The translations under genes were made by a program, and so were the position numbers. DNA of 64,000 nucleotides, from positions 174,045 through 238,044 of the forward strand of contig PHBJ01000005.1 of assembly GCA_002840555.1 (NCBI GenBank), given 5' to 3'. Under the pieces are notes generated by a model. The model searched no databases, was not told the DNA's origin, and saw only the letters and a program-made list of their open reading frames with translations. Within the stretch, counting starts at the first letter, position 1, and each line of letters opens with the position of its first letter. This stretch comes from Deltaproteobacteria bacterium HGW-Deltaproteobacteria-13 (GTDB lineage Bacteria > Desulfobacterota > Syntrophia > Syntrophales > Smithellaceae). Below are positions 38,174 to 47,664 of this stretch, piece after piece.

Positions 38174-39481
38174 CTACACGGCCGGACCTTTTTGAACAAT
38201 TTTAATAAATAATTTGACAAACATTACCGACAAAAGCAGATAAATAAGGAAAAACATGATCAGGCTGAATGCTATCTCTCCTGCACCGACTACTACCGAC
38301 GCGGCATCAGCGGTCTTCATCAATTTATATATTATCCATGGCTGTCGGCCCACTTCCGCCGCTATCCATCCGGTCTCATGCGCAATATGCGGCAGGGGTA
38401 TCAGGAAGGGCAGAATAAAAAGATATAATTTGTTCTCATATATTTTCCCGCTCCAAAGCAGATACGCTCCCAGTAATCCCAGCGCGATGAGAAGCATGCC
38501 GATGCCCGCCATGATGTGATAAACCTGAAACACAAAGTTAACCGGCGGCCAGTTTTCCTTCGGGAAATCTTTCAATCCTTTTATTTCCGAGTTCCAGTCA
38601 AAGTTGTATAAAAAGCTCAGAGCCTTGGGAGCGTAGATCCCATAGGTCTTTTCGTTTTGCTCATCCACAAATCCCACAGCATAAAGCGGCACGCCTTTGG
38701 CCGTATTAAAATGTCCTTCAAACGCGGCCGCTTTTTCCGGCTGCATGTTGATGACTTCTATCGCATGAATATGTCCTGTGGCCAGCTGCAAAAGCGGGGT
38801 GAGAGCAAATAGAATGATGCCGATTTTCAGCATGGTTCTGGCGCCCTCACCGTGCAGGCCTTTTCTTACATAATATCCGGCAATGCCTGCCACCATCACC
38901 GCGCCGGTAATCCACGAAGCCATTACCGTGTGACAAAATCTGACAAGAGTTGATGGATTAAAAACGGCGTCGTTAAAACTGGTCAGAACGATTTTTCCCG
39001 CTTCGTTTATCGCGAAGCCTGCCGGAGTCTGCATCCAGGAATCGGCAACAACTATCCAGAAAGCGGAAAGATGCCCTCCCACAAATACCAGTAGCGCTGA
39101 TAACCAGTACACTTTCGGAGAGACTTTGTCTCTGGCAAAAAGAAGCACTCCGAGAAATACCGATTCCAGAAAAAAAGCAATAACGCCTTCGGCCGCCAGT
39201 ATCGGGCCGAAAACATCACCTACCGCACGGGAATATCCCGACCAGTTCGTTCCAAAAGAAAATTCCATCACAATGCCGGTTGCCGCGCCCAAGACGAAAA
39301 TCAATCCGAGCAGTCTGACCAGAAAATCAGTGATCTTTTTATAGACTTCATCTTTTTTAACGAGATACAGGGTTTCGGATGCGAGGATAATCAGGGACGT
39401 CCCCAAAGTCATGGCCGGAAAGAGGAAGTGGAAACATATCGTAAAGGCGAACTGGATACGGGCAAGGAGCAACGCGCTCAT
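38174..39481 (-). CDS. cydA: Cytochrome bd oxidase subunit I
   Basis: LARIQFAFT...HFLF N-terminus and GWxxxExGRQPW motif (GWIAAEVGRQPW). Start trimmed to ATG 39481 after GGAGG. Confidence 0.9.
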   Translation of the reverse strand: MSALLLARIQFAFTICFHFLFPAMTLGTSLIILASETLYLVKKDEVYKKITDFLVRLLGLIFVLGAATGIVMEFSFGTNWSGYSRAVGDVFGPILAAEGVIAFFLESVFLGVLLFARDKVSPKVYWLSALLVFVGGHLSAFWIVVADSWMQTPAGFAINEAGKIVLTSFNDAVFNPSTLVRFCHTVMASWITGAVMVAGIAGYYVRKGLHGEGARTMLKIGIILFALTPLLQLATGHIHAIEVINMQPEKAAAFEGHFNTAKGVPLYAVGFVDEQNEKTYGIYAPKALSFLYNFDWNSEIKGLKDFPKENWPPVNFVFQVYHIMAGIGMLLIALGLLGAYLLWSGKIYENKLYLFILPFLIPLPHIAHETGWIAAEVGRQPWIIYKLMKTADAASVVVGAGEIAFSLIMFFLIYLLLSVMFVKLFIKIVQKGPAV

Positions 39482-39613
39482 AGACACCTCCATATTTTAT
39501 GGACGAATACTAACCAATAGAATATAACTTTTCAACAACTTATTTTTTAACTTTTATTTGATGCTCAAATATATTATCATAAAATTAAAAAAAACGGCAT
39601 CGGAGATGTTTTT

Positions 39614-40174
39614 ATGGCCAATCTTATCAAATGTAAAGCTTGCGGCTATGTAACCAAAGAAGGCACGGTAAAAGATGTCTGCCCGGCATGCGGAGTACCC
39701 GCAAAAATGTTTGAGCCCTATACCGATCCGGTATCGGAAAAAAGACGCACGATCCTAGGCCTCCATGTTCATCCGATTATGGTGCATTTCCCGCAGGCGT
39801 TTTCCATTACTCTTCTTCTTCTGGCGGTTTTATCTTATGTCAGTTCTCCGCCCATCAAAGAATCGCTTTTTGTCTCTATCCAGGTCATTTCATTTCTTCT
39901 GCCTTATTTTATAATACTGTCACTTTTATCCGGATTATTTGACGGAAAAATAAGATTTCGAAAATTGACCACTCCTTTTTTGAAGAGGAAAATTATCATC
40001 GGACTGATTTTCCTAAATATAGCCTTCATTCTTGCTTTTATTGCTTTTTCAGGAAGACTTGCGGTTTCTCCGATCCGCGAATATTTTATATTGCTGACCA
40101 TCGCTGAGGTGGCCTGCAGCGCATTATTAGGATGGATCGGCGGCCATTTGATGGAAGCAAAATTTCCCGGCTGA
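39614..40174 (+). CDS. Rubredoxin-like zinc-ribbon domain fused to a DUF2231-like membrane domain
   Basis: CKACGY...CPACG N-terminal ribbon, then HPIMVHFPQAF and four hydrophobic helices. Confidence 0.6.
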   Translation: MANLIKCKACGYVTKEGTVKDVCPACGVPAKMFEPYTDPVSEKRRTILGLHVHPIMVHFPQAFSITLLLLAVLSYVSSPPIKESLFVSIQVISFLLPYFIILSLLSGLFDGKIRFRKLTTPFLKRKIIIGLIFLNIAFILAFIAFSGRLAVSPIREYFILLTIAEVACSALLGWIGGHLMEAKFPG

Positions 40175-40258
40175 TCCTTGCTCATCTCCAAGCGGTTGTT
40201 TTCTGCAAAGAACAGCGCTTTAATTTAAATTGAATTTAAGAAATTAAGGAGGTTTACC

Positions 40259-40639
40259 ATGAAAAGAACATCCGTATTTTCAAAACTTATTTTCAGCATG
40301 TTGTTATTTGTTTTAATGAGTTTCTTCCTTTATCCGCAAATCTCTTATGCCAACGCGCCGCAGGACGTAAAACTGGAATATGACGCGCCGACTCAAAATT
40401 TAGCGGTCACCATCACTCACAACTCCGCATCATCCGGTTTTCACTATATTAAAAATATCGAAATCAAGAAAAACTCGGTTGTCCTTAGCACCGGGAAATA
40501 TGATTCCCAGCCCGCTGGAACTTTTACCTATAATTATAAAGTATCCGCAGCAGCAGGAGACAAACTGGAAGTTACCGCTACCTGCAATATTTTCGGAAGC
40601 AAAACCGCGGCCGTTACAGTATCCGGGACTACGAAATAA
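40259..40639 (+). CDS. Exported small beta-rich protein with weak superoxide-reductase (desulfoferrodoxin Fe-domain) resemblance
   Basis: Signal peptide and AAGGAGG RBS. VTITHNSASSGFHYIKNIEI and TCNIFG faintly echo the SOR HPM..HYI.WIE and CN(L/I)HG motifs, but the full metal-ligand set is absent. Confidence 0.3.
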   Translation: MKRTSVFSKLIFSMLLFVLMSFFLYPQISYANAPQDVKLEYDAPTQNLAVTITHNSASSGFHYIKNIEIKKNSVVLSTGKYDSQPAGTFTYNYKVSAAAGDKLEVTATCNIFGSKTAAVTVSGTTK

Positions 40640-40651
40640 ATTGAATATCTA

Positions 40652-41989
40652 ATGCGAGAAAACAACTGGGATATAGTGATTACCGGCGGAACCCTCGTCA
40701 CCATGAATGCCGGCATGGAAATTATTGAAGACGCCTTTGTCGGCATTAAAAATGGAATTATTACCGCCGCGGGTAAAAGAGGCGATCAGAAAAACGCGAA
40801 CGATCCGGCAAAAGAAACGATAGAGGCTTCCGGCTGTATCGTTATGCCCGGATTAGTCAACACGCACACTCATCTGCCGATGGTCTGCTTTCGGGGGATG
40901 GCTGATGATCTGCCCTTAATGGAGTGGCTGACTAAAAATATCTGGCCGGCGGAAAAACGTTTCGTCAGCAAGAAAATGGTTTATGACGGAGCCACCCTGG
41001 CCATGGCGGAAATGATTCTCTCCGGCACAACAACTTTTTGCGACGGATATTTTTTTGAAGACAGCATCGCTGAGGCCGTCAGCGCCGCCGGAATGCGCGC
41101 TGTTGTTGGGCAGGGATTTGCCGATTTTATCATGCAGGACGAGTCCGCAATTGAAAAAACGATGGTGTCGGCTCGGCGTTTCATAAAAAGATGGCTCCCG
41201 CGCGCCCCATTGATCACGCCGGCCTTGTTCTGTCATTCCCCCTATACCTGTTCTCCGTCAACACTTGTCCCCGTAAAGGAAGCCGCCCGCGAAGCGGGCA
41301 TTTTATATCTGATTCATTTGCTTGAAAACAGAGACGAGGCCGGCACGATTCTGAATCGTTACGGCAAAAAACCGGTGCAGCATCTGCTCGATCTGGGAAT
41401 TCTGGACGAACAGACCGTTGCCGTTCACTGCAACTGGCTTACAAAAGAAGATATAGCTGTTTTTGCCGACCTGGGCGTTAAGGTCTCGCATAACCCGGAA
41501 AGTTCCATGAAGCTGGCGGCGGGTGTCGCTCCTGTTCCCGAAATGCTGCGGCAGGGTATCACTGTCGGAATCGGGACGGACGGATGCGCCAGCAACAACG
41601 ATCTGGATATGTTTCGGGAGATGGATACAACGGCAAAGATTCATAAAGTAACGTCTCTGAACCCCACCATTATGAGTGCGGAAACCGTTCTCAAAATGTC
41701 CACCATCGGCGGAGCAAGAACGCTGGGAATGGATAAACTGATTGGTTCCGTCGAAATCGGGAAAAAGGCTGATGTCATCCTGATGGATATGAATCAACCT
41801 CATCTCACACCGCTTTACAACTGCTATTCTCAACTTGTTTATGCCGCGCGCGGCGCGGACGTTAAAACGAGCATTATCAACGGCAGGATCGTCATGAAAG
41901 ACCGTAAGCTTCTCACGATTGATCCGCAAGCCGCCATGGAAAATGTACGTAGAATTGCCGCCGATATTATTCATCAAAAGATGCCTTAA
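40652..41989 (+). CDS. mtaD: Amidohydrolase, MTA/SAH (or 5-deoxyadenosine) deaminase-like
   Basis: PGLVNTHTHLPM metal-binding motif. 445 aa with the MtaD/TrzA-type architecture. Confidence 0.75.
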   Translation: MRENNWDIVITGGTLVTMNAGMEIIEDAFVGIKNGIITAAGKRGDQKNANDPAKETIEASGCIVMPGLVNTHTHLPMVCFRGMADDLPLMEWLTKNIWPAEKRFVSKKMVYDGATLAMAEMILSGTTTFCDGYFFEDSIAEAVSAAGMRAVVGQGFADFIMQDESAIEKTMVSARRFIKRWLPRAPLITPALFCHSPYTCSPSTLVPVKEAAREAGILYLIHLLENRDEAGTILNRYGKKPVQHLLDLGILDEQTVAVHCNWLTKEDIAVFADLGVKVSHNPESSMKLAAGVAPVPEMLRQGITVGIGTDGCASNNDLDMFREMDTTAKIHKVTSLNPTIMSAETVLKMSTIGGARTLGMDKLIGSVEIGKKADVILMDMNQPHLTPLYNCYSQLVYAARGADVKTSIINGRIVMKDRKLLTIDPQAAMENVRRIAADIIHQKMP

Positions 41990-42097
41990 AATTCCACTTC
42001 ACCTTTCAGGCAAAATATCATTGACAGGGAAATTAATATTCCCTATATTCCCCACAGTTCGAACGAATATTTTAGCTTCTTGATAAGGTTCACTTTT

Positions 42098-43021
42098 ATG
42101 AAAATTATTGTTTCCGGTTCCATGGCGTATGACAGGATCATGGACTTCCCCGGACATTTTTCCGACCATATCCTGCCCGATAAAATTCATATGCTGAATG
42201 TTTGCTTTCAGGTCAACGGCATGAAGGAGAAATACGGCGGCACCGCGGGCAACATCGCCTACGCGCTCACTTTAATGGGTGAAAAGCCTCTCATCTGCGC
42301 CACGATCGGCCATGATTATCAGAGATATTTTAAATGGCTTACGAAAAACGGAATATCCACGGAAAACATCAAAATCATCGCCGACGAATTCACGGCCGGC
42401 GCTTACATCACCACCGACCGCGCCGATAATCAAATTACCGGATTCAATCCCGGCGCTATGAAATATCAATCCACGTTGGACTTCGACAGGCTTGATCCTC
42501 AAAATACAATTCTTATCGTTTCTCCCGGAAATTTTGAAGATATGGTGAATTATCCGCGCGCCTGCAAAGCCAGAAGCATTGATTATATTCTTGATCCCGG
42601 GCAGTCTCTTCCCATGTGGGACAAAAAAGATCTGATCGAGGCCATTGACGGATGCCGGATCCTCATTGTTAATGATTATGAATTGAGCCTGATCATCAGC
42701 AAGACAGGATTAGAAAAAAAGAACTTATTGGAAATGGCCGGAACCATCATCACAACGCTGGGAGAGCTGGGCTCACAGGTCTCCACACGTGATCGTGAAA
42801 TTAATATTCCCGCCTTCAAGGTGAAGAAGGTCGTGGATCCGACCGGCGCCGGAGATTCCTACCGGGGCGGCCTGCTCAGCGGCCTGGTTCACGGTAAGGA
42901 TATCGAGCAGTGTGCGCGAATGGGCAGCGTCTGCGCTTCTTTTTCCATAGAAAGCTACGGCACCCAGGAATACTGTTTTACCCGGGAAGAATTTAATGAA
43001 AGACTCAACGGCCAAAAGTAA
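42098..43021 (+). CDS. PfkB-family carbohydrate/nucleoside kinase
   Basis: GGTAGN N-terminal motif and DPTGAGDSYRGG PfkB signature. Start trimmed to MKIIVSGS. Confidence 0.75.
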   Translation: MKIIVSGSMAYDRIMDFPGHFSDHILPDKIHMLNVCFQVNGMKEKYGGTAGNIAYALTLMGEKPLICATIGHDYQRYFKWLTKNGISTENIKIIADEFTAGAYITTDRADNQITGFNPGAMKYQSTLDFDRLDPQNTILIVSPGNFEDMVNYPRACKARSIDYILDPGQSLPMWDKKDLIEAIDGCRILIVNDYELSLIISKTGLEKKNLLEMAGTIITTLGELGSQVSTRDREINIPAFKVKKVVDPTGAGDSYRGGLLSGLVHGKDIEQCARMGSVCASFSIESYGTQEYCFTREEFNERLNGQK

Positions 43022-43100
43022 AACAGCCGGCTGCTCAATCCGGCGGTTTGTAACCTAGCCGGCAGCATAAAACAGAACATCTGATTTTGATCTTCGCGCA

Positions 43101-44804
43101 TTATTTGAATACGTTTGATAAATCGGGAAATGGCGAAACAGGATCCGCCGTTTCTTTATTTTCTTCCCGCATCAGCGTAATACCGTCAAGAATATAAATC
43201 GTTTCCGGCTGTCCTTTAAAAACATCTTTCAAATGCAGAATGGAACCTCTTTTGCATATGATCCTGTCGCCATATTCGGGAATGGAAGGAAATTGGAAAA
43301 CTATTTTGCTGCCGTGTCCTTCCAGGATAAAGTTTTCCATCGAGAACTCCCGCGTCCAGTTATAAAATTTTTTATTCAATGCATTATAAAAATAAACATC
43401 CCCGTAAATTTTTTGAAGCGATCCGGAATAGCGGCCTTCATTTACAAAATAATTCCCGAAGGCCAGAGCGCAGACAGGAGAAGAAGAAGCGAGATAGGAG
43501 GAAAGAAAAACCTGATAAAATTTATGATAATCTTTATATTCACTCTCCACTTTCCCGTAAACTGCCAGCGACTCCTGTTTTATTTGCAGATTTTGCATAA
43601 ACACGTTTTTGATATCAACCATTCCCCAGGCGGTGACGGAAATGAAAATGATACCGGCAAATAAAACAACTTTTTTGCTATGGAAACGATTAAAATATCC
43701 AAGCCGCTGTAGATATAATAACATTAAGAATAACATCAGCCCGGAAAGGCCGAGCGCCGGGATCAGATACCAGCCGGCCGGATGTTTGGCAACCATCATC
43801 ACGGCGAGCAGCTGCGCCACTGTCAACGAGGCCAGGATTCTTAAGATATTGTCCTGCCAAACCGCTTTTCTTTTTGCCTTTTCCCCGCCGAGGGAAGTCC
43901 ATCGGAATATCATGATAAACCCTGTCGAGGAGAGCCAGACCAGGAAGAATAAAGGGTTTCCTAAAAACAGATTCATGATATTTTGGAAATAGGCTTCGAG
44001 ATATATTATCCGCGAACCACCACTTCCATAATAACCGGTATGAGTAAGGATACGGTAATACCAGTTAAATAAATTTTCATATAATGAAATGATCGGCCAT
44101 GTCCACAAAACAAAACTGAAAACCGTCAAAAACAAGAAACCAATTTTATTTCGTAGTTTCGGCAAGGCGAAAAGAGGAATAATCAGCAAAGGGAGGAAGG
44201 TCAACTTTGTCGCCACACCAAACCCTGAGACCAGCGCCAAAATGATCATGTACAGGTGAGCTGATTTCAGAAGATTTTTGCTTAAGACCATTCTCATCAG
44301 AATCAATACAAACAGCAAACTGGAAAACAAAAGAAGGGGCTCCGGAGAAACCCTGGGCAAACCGTCAATCAGTATATTTTTAGAAAAAAACGGTGAAAAT
44401 TGCACAAGGAGACTCAGCCAGATATTTTTAGTCAAGGTAAAGGCCGTCAGGCCGATAAAGAACAGCAGCAGGGTGTTAAAGGTTACCAGGAGAGCGTTCA
44501 TGACGGTCAAATAAAATTCAGGGTTTTTGAGAACAGCAAATTCGAGGCTGTCTTTTCCGGAGAAGTCAAGCGCGTGGGAAATTTTCATGGTTGCCGCCCC
44601 CAGCATTTGAAGCGTTGTGCCCGGATTGCCGGTCGTATCCGTTTGTTTGGATTCGGCGAGCGTCAGGGAACTCAAGACATAAAGATATTCGGGATCAACG
44701 TTGGAACCCAGCCAATAGGGACCTTGCGCATAATGTAAAATCCCCGCGGTAAAGGCCAATACGGCCGGCAATATGAGTAATACAAACACAGATAATTTTT
44801 TCAT
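43101..44804 (-). CDS. Polytopic membrane protein, GT-C-fold glycosyltransferase-like (ArnT/PMT-like), copy B
   Basis: More than 10 hydrophobic helices, a first-loop acidic motif VDPEYLY, and a ~150-aa C-terminal soluble domain. Diverged paralog of 45191-46903. Function is inferred from topology only. Confidence 0.4.
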   Translation of the reverse strand: MKKLSVFVLLILPAVLAFTAGILHYAQGPYWLGSNVDPEYLYVLSSLTLAESKQTDTTGNPGTTLQMLGAATMKISHALDFSGKDSLEFAVLKNPEFYLTVMNALLVTFNTLLLFFIGLTAFTLTKNIWLSLLVQFSPFFSKNILIDGLPRVSPEPLLLFSSLLFVLILMRMVLSKNLLKSAHLYMIILALVSGFGVATKLTFLPLLIIPLFALPKLRNKIGFLFLTVFSFVLWTWPIISLYENLFNWYYRILTHTGYYGSGGSRIIYLEAYFQNIMNLFLGNPLFFLVWLSSTGFIMIFRWTSLGGEKAKRKAVWQDNILRILASLTVAQLLAVMMVAKHPAGWYLIPALGLSGLMLFLMLLYLQRLGYFNRFHSKKVVLFAGIIFISVTAWGMVDIKNVFMQNLQIKQESLAVYGKVESEYKDYHKFYQVFLSSYLASSSPVCALAFGNYFVNEGRYSGSLQKIYGDVYFYNALNKKFYNWTREFSMENFILEGHGSKIVFQFPSIPEYGDRIICKRGSILHLKDVFKGQPETIYILDGITLMREENKETADPVSPFPDLSNVFK

Positions 44805-44952
44805 ACGGTCATCAACACAATATCACTCTTGTCGTATGGTTTTAATTGAAGAGTAGTGTAATTTATAGAATAAGAATAAACAATAAAAAAAGTTGCCGCC
44901 GGTTTAAAATATTTTTCTTCAGACTAATATTCAGCAGCACCGGGACATTTTT

Positions 44953-45039
44953 TCATTTACTGTGCGGATGTGATTCGGTCGTTTTCAGGTAGCCGGTAAT
45001 ATTTTTTCTGTGATTGAGTAAGATGAGCAGAAACGTCGC
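44953..45039 (-). pseudogene. Remnant of the plsY 3-prime end
   Basis: Translates ATFLLILLNHRKNITGYLKTTESHPHSK*, compared with the PlsY C-terminus ATFLLILFNHRKNILNYWKTTEPQASRK*. The flanking intergenic sequence is also duplicated. Confidence 0.75.
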
Positions 45040-45190
45040 GAGGACGCAGGACTGCGCACAAAATCGCTAGCGGAGAGTAAAAAATATCCGCAAGCCGGAG
45101 TGGAAATCATAAGAATGAAACAATGATAATTACTGCTGTTCCGTATGTGATGACATTGATATCGAGCATCCTGGTGGGTTCGGCTTGTGT

Positions 45191-46903
45191 TTAATAACAA
45201 TGAAAACGGGACTGTTCGAAATTCACAGCCTTTATGGCAATGCCTTCCAAAGCATATATATTAGCATAAATACCATCAGAAGCATCCTTAAAATGCAAAA
45301 CTGAGCCTGTCCGGCATGCTATCAACGCGTCTTTTTTCTTTCTATAATCCGGCGGACCATAAAAGATTATTTTAGTAACCTGCTTTTTGATAATCATATC
45401 TTCAATAAAGAAACTCTTCGTCCAGGTGTAAAATTCTCCACTGCATAGATTATAAAAATAGGTCTCTCCGTAAATTTTTTGAAGAGTTTCCGAATACAGA
45501 CCTTTAGAAAATCGCCCCTCTGATATCTCTTTTATATGGGAATATTTATGACTTGCCATATGATCACCATAGGACAGACCGGCAAGGGGAGAAGGAGTAA
45601 TAGAGCGAGGTTGCTGATTAATGAAAATCTTCAGATAATTTTTATACTCATTTTCCGCTTTCCGGTAATACGTCAAGGTATCATTTTTTATCAGCAGAAG
45701 TTCCCTGAATGTATCTTTAAACTCAAAGACTCTCCAGGCGCCGCAGAAAGCAAGAAAAACAATAATAAAGAAAGTAACTTTTTTAGTATCAAGATTACGA
45801 AAATAGCCACGTCTTTGTAAAAAGATTAATTGCAAAAACAGCAGAAAGCCTATCAGACATAGAGCAGGCAGGGCATAGCGTTCGGCGTTCTGCTTAATAA
45901 TAATCAAAGCGGAAAACAGTTGTGAAACTATTACCGCAAGCAGGACTTTGAAAGATATATCATGCCAAACTTTTTTTCTCGCCGCTGAAGACCAATTAAA
46001 TATAATGATAATCAAAGCAGGAGTCAAAATAAACAGTATGTTTAATGGGTTATATAATAATCCGGTTAACATGTTCAGAAGATTTATTTTTATAGATGCA
46101 GTGTCTATCCCGGAAGGGCCATAACCATACCAGTGTGTGTTGGTGAGTGTAATATAGAAAAAATGCAATATACGTTGATATTGTGAATGAATTGGCCAGG
46201 TCCACAATATTGCGCTTGCAGCGGTTAAAAGCAGGAACCCGATTTTATTTCGCAACTTTGGTAAAGCTATTAAGGGAATAATAAGTAAAGGAGCAAAGGT
46301 CACTTTTGTGGCTATGCCAAAACCTGAAATAAGCGACAAAGCCACCATATACCAATGAGCAGATTTATAGATATTTTCATCGACGACCATTTTCACCAGA
46401 ATTAACACGAAAAGCATACTCGTAAACAATAAGAGAGGTTCACAGGAAATATTATTTAAGCCCCATCTTAATGTTATGTCAGAAAAAAAAGGTGAATATT
46501 GTAACAGGAGAGCCAGTCCAATATTTTTTGTTAAATTAAAAGTCACCAGACCGATAACAAATAATAATAAAACGTTTAAGGACACTAATACTATATTTAT
46601 AACTTTCAAATAAAATTCCGGATTCTTGAGAACTGCAAATGCCAAACTGTCTTTTTCAGAAAAATCAAGAGCGTGCGTGATCTTCAAACTGACCGCTCCC
46701 AATATTTGAAGAGTTGTGCCGGGATGGTCGGTAAAAAATACTTGTTTCGACTCTGCCATAGCAAGAGAACTTACCAGATAAAGATAATCATTATCTGTAT
46801 CAGAACATATATAATATGGACCTCGAGCATACTTCATGGCTGCAGCAGTTAAAATTAACGTTATCGGCAATATCAGCAATACAAACACATGTGATTTTTT
46901 CAT
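45191..46903 (-). CDS. Polytopic membrane protein, GT-C-fold glycosyltransferase-like, copy A
   Basis: Same architecture as 43101-44804. First-loop motif TDNDYLY and HPGTTLQ. Confidence 0.4.
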   Translation of the reverse strand: MKKSHVFVLLILPITLILTAAAMKYARGPYYICSDTDNDYLYLVSSLAMAESKQVFFTDHPGTTLQILGAVSLKITHALDFSEKDSLAFAVLKNPEFYLKVINIVLVSLNVLLLFVIGLVTFNLTKNIGLALLLQYSPFFSDITLRWGLNNISCEPLLLFTSMLFVLILVKMVVDENIYKSAHWYMVALSLISGFGIATKVTFAPLLIIPLIALPKLRNKIGFLLLTAASAILWTWPIHSQYQRILHFFYITLTNTHWYGYGPSGIDTASIKINLLNMLTGLLYNPLNILFILTPALIIIIFNWSSAARKKVWHDISFKVLLAVIVSQLFSALIIIKQNAERYALPALCLIGFLLFLQLIFLQRRGYFRNLDTKKVTFFIIVFLAFCGAWRVFEFKDTFRELLLIKNDTLTYYRKAENEYKNYLKIFINQQPRSITPSPLAGLSYGDHMASHKYSHIKEISEGRFSKGLYSETLQKIYGETYFYNLCSGEFYTWTKSFFIEDMIIKKQVTKIIFYGPPDYRKKKDALIACRTGSVLHFKDASDGIYANIYALEGIAIKAVNFEQSRFHCY

Positions 46904-47048
46904 GTCATCACCAATGTGATATCTCCACAGTGCTATGGTTTAAATGGAAAGCGATGTAATTTATAGAAAATAATAGGAATAAACAATAAAAAGTTTTGCC
47001 TTTTGAAATATTTTTCTTTAGGTTTATTTCGAAAAAACCATAACTTTT

Positions 47049-47639
47049 TTATTTTCGGGAGGCTTGCGGTTCAGTAGTTTTCCAGTAGTTGAGAATATTT
47101 TTTCTGTGATTAAATAAGATAAGCAGAAACGTCGCGCCGGCGCCCGCAACCGCGCTGAATTGCCAGTGAAGAATATAGGACTGTCCACAAGCAAGAACAA
47201 ACACCATAAAAAATGAAGCGACAAAAGGAATTCGGACGATACCGTAGACAATCAGCCAGATTACTGCCGAGCATGCAGCCGCTAAAGGCGCCACTGGAAT
47301 CGTAAAGCCTAAATAGTTAGCCACGCCTTTGCCGCCGCGAAATCCGTGAAAACAGGGAAAGCTGTTTCCCAAAACAAGAAAAAAGCAAGCCCAGGGAATT
47401 AAATCATCTTTTAAAAAATAAACAGCCATAAACGCGACGGATATCGCCCGGCCGATATCCAGCAAAAAGACAACGGCAGCCCATTTGATTCCCGCCTGGC
47501 GATAAACATTGGTGGTTCCCGCGTTGCCGCTGAAGCTTCGGCGCGGATCTCCCTTGCCGGTCAGTTTAAAAAAAATAACGGCAAAATTTACCGAACCGGC
47601 AAGATATGCTAAAAATAATATTAATAAAGTCGTTCCCAT
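47049..47639 (-). CDS. plsY: Glycerol-3-phosphate acyltransferase PlsY (acyl-phosphate dependent)
   Basis: GSVNFAV, SGNAGTTNV and RGGKGVAN motifs. 196 aa membrane protein. Confidence 0.9.
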   Translation of the reverse strand: MGTTLLILFLAYLAGSVNFAVIFFKLTGKGDPRRSFSGNAGTTNVYRQAGIKWAAVVFLLDIGRAISVAFMAVYFLKDDLIPWACFFLVLGNSFPCFHGFRGGKGVANYLGFTIPVAPLAAACSAVIWLIVYGIVRIPFVASFFMVFVLACGQSYILHWQFSAVAGAGATFLLILFNHRKNILNYWKTTEPQASRK

Positions 47640-47664
47640 TCACCATTCACCATTCACTATTCAC
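47637..47664. repeat. Heptamer tandem array, 4 units of (C/T)ATTCAC (GTGAAT(A/G) on the minus strand)
   Basis: Read directly. The array contains the stop codon of the dehydratase gene (TGA 47649-47647) and the ATG of plsY (47639-47637). Confidence 0.85.

Noticed and set aside
44985-45200. 71-aa ORF between the two GT-C-like genes, and the similar 47024-47251 ORF.
   Set aside because: Their shared C-terminal similarity (RRFC.SY.ITEKI) is an out-of-frame reading of the plsY 3-prime end and its duplicated relic. It is not an independent gene.
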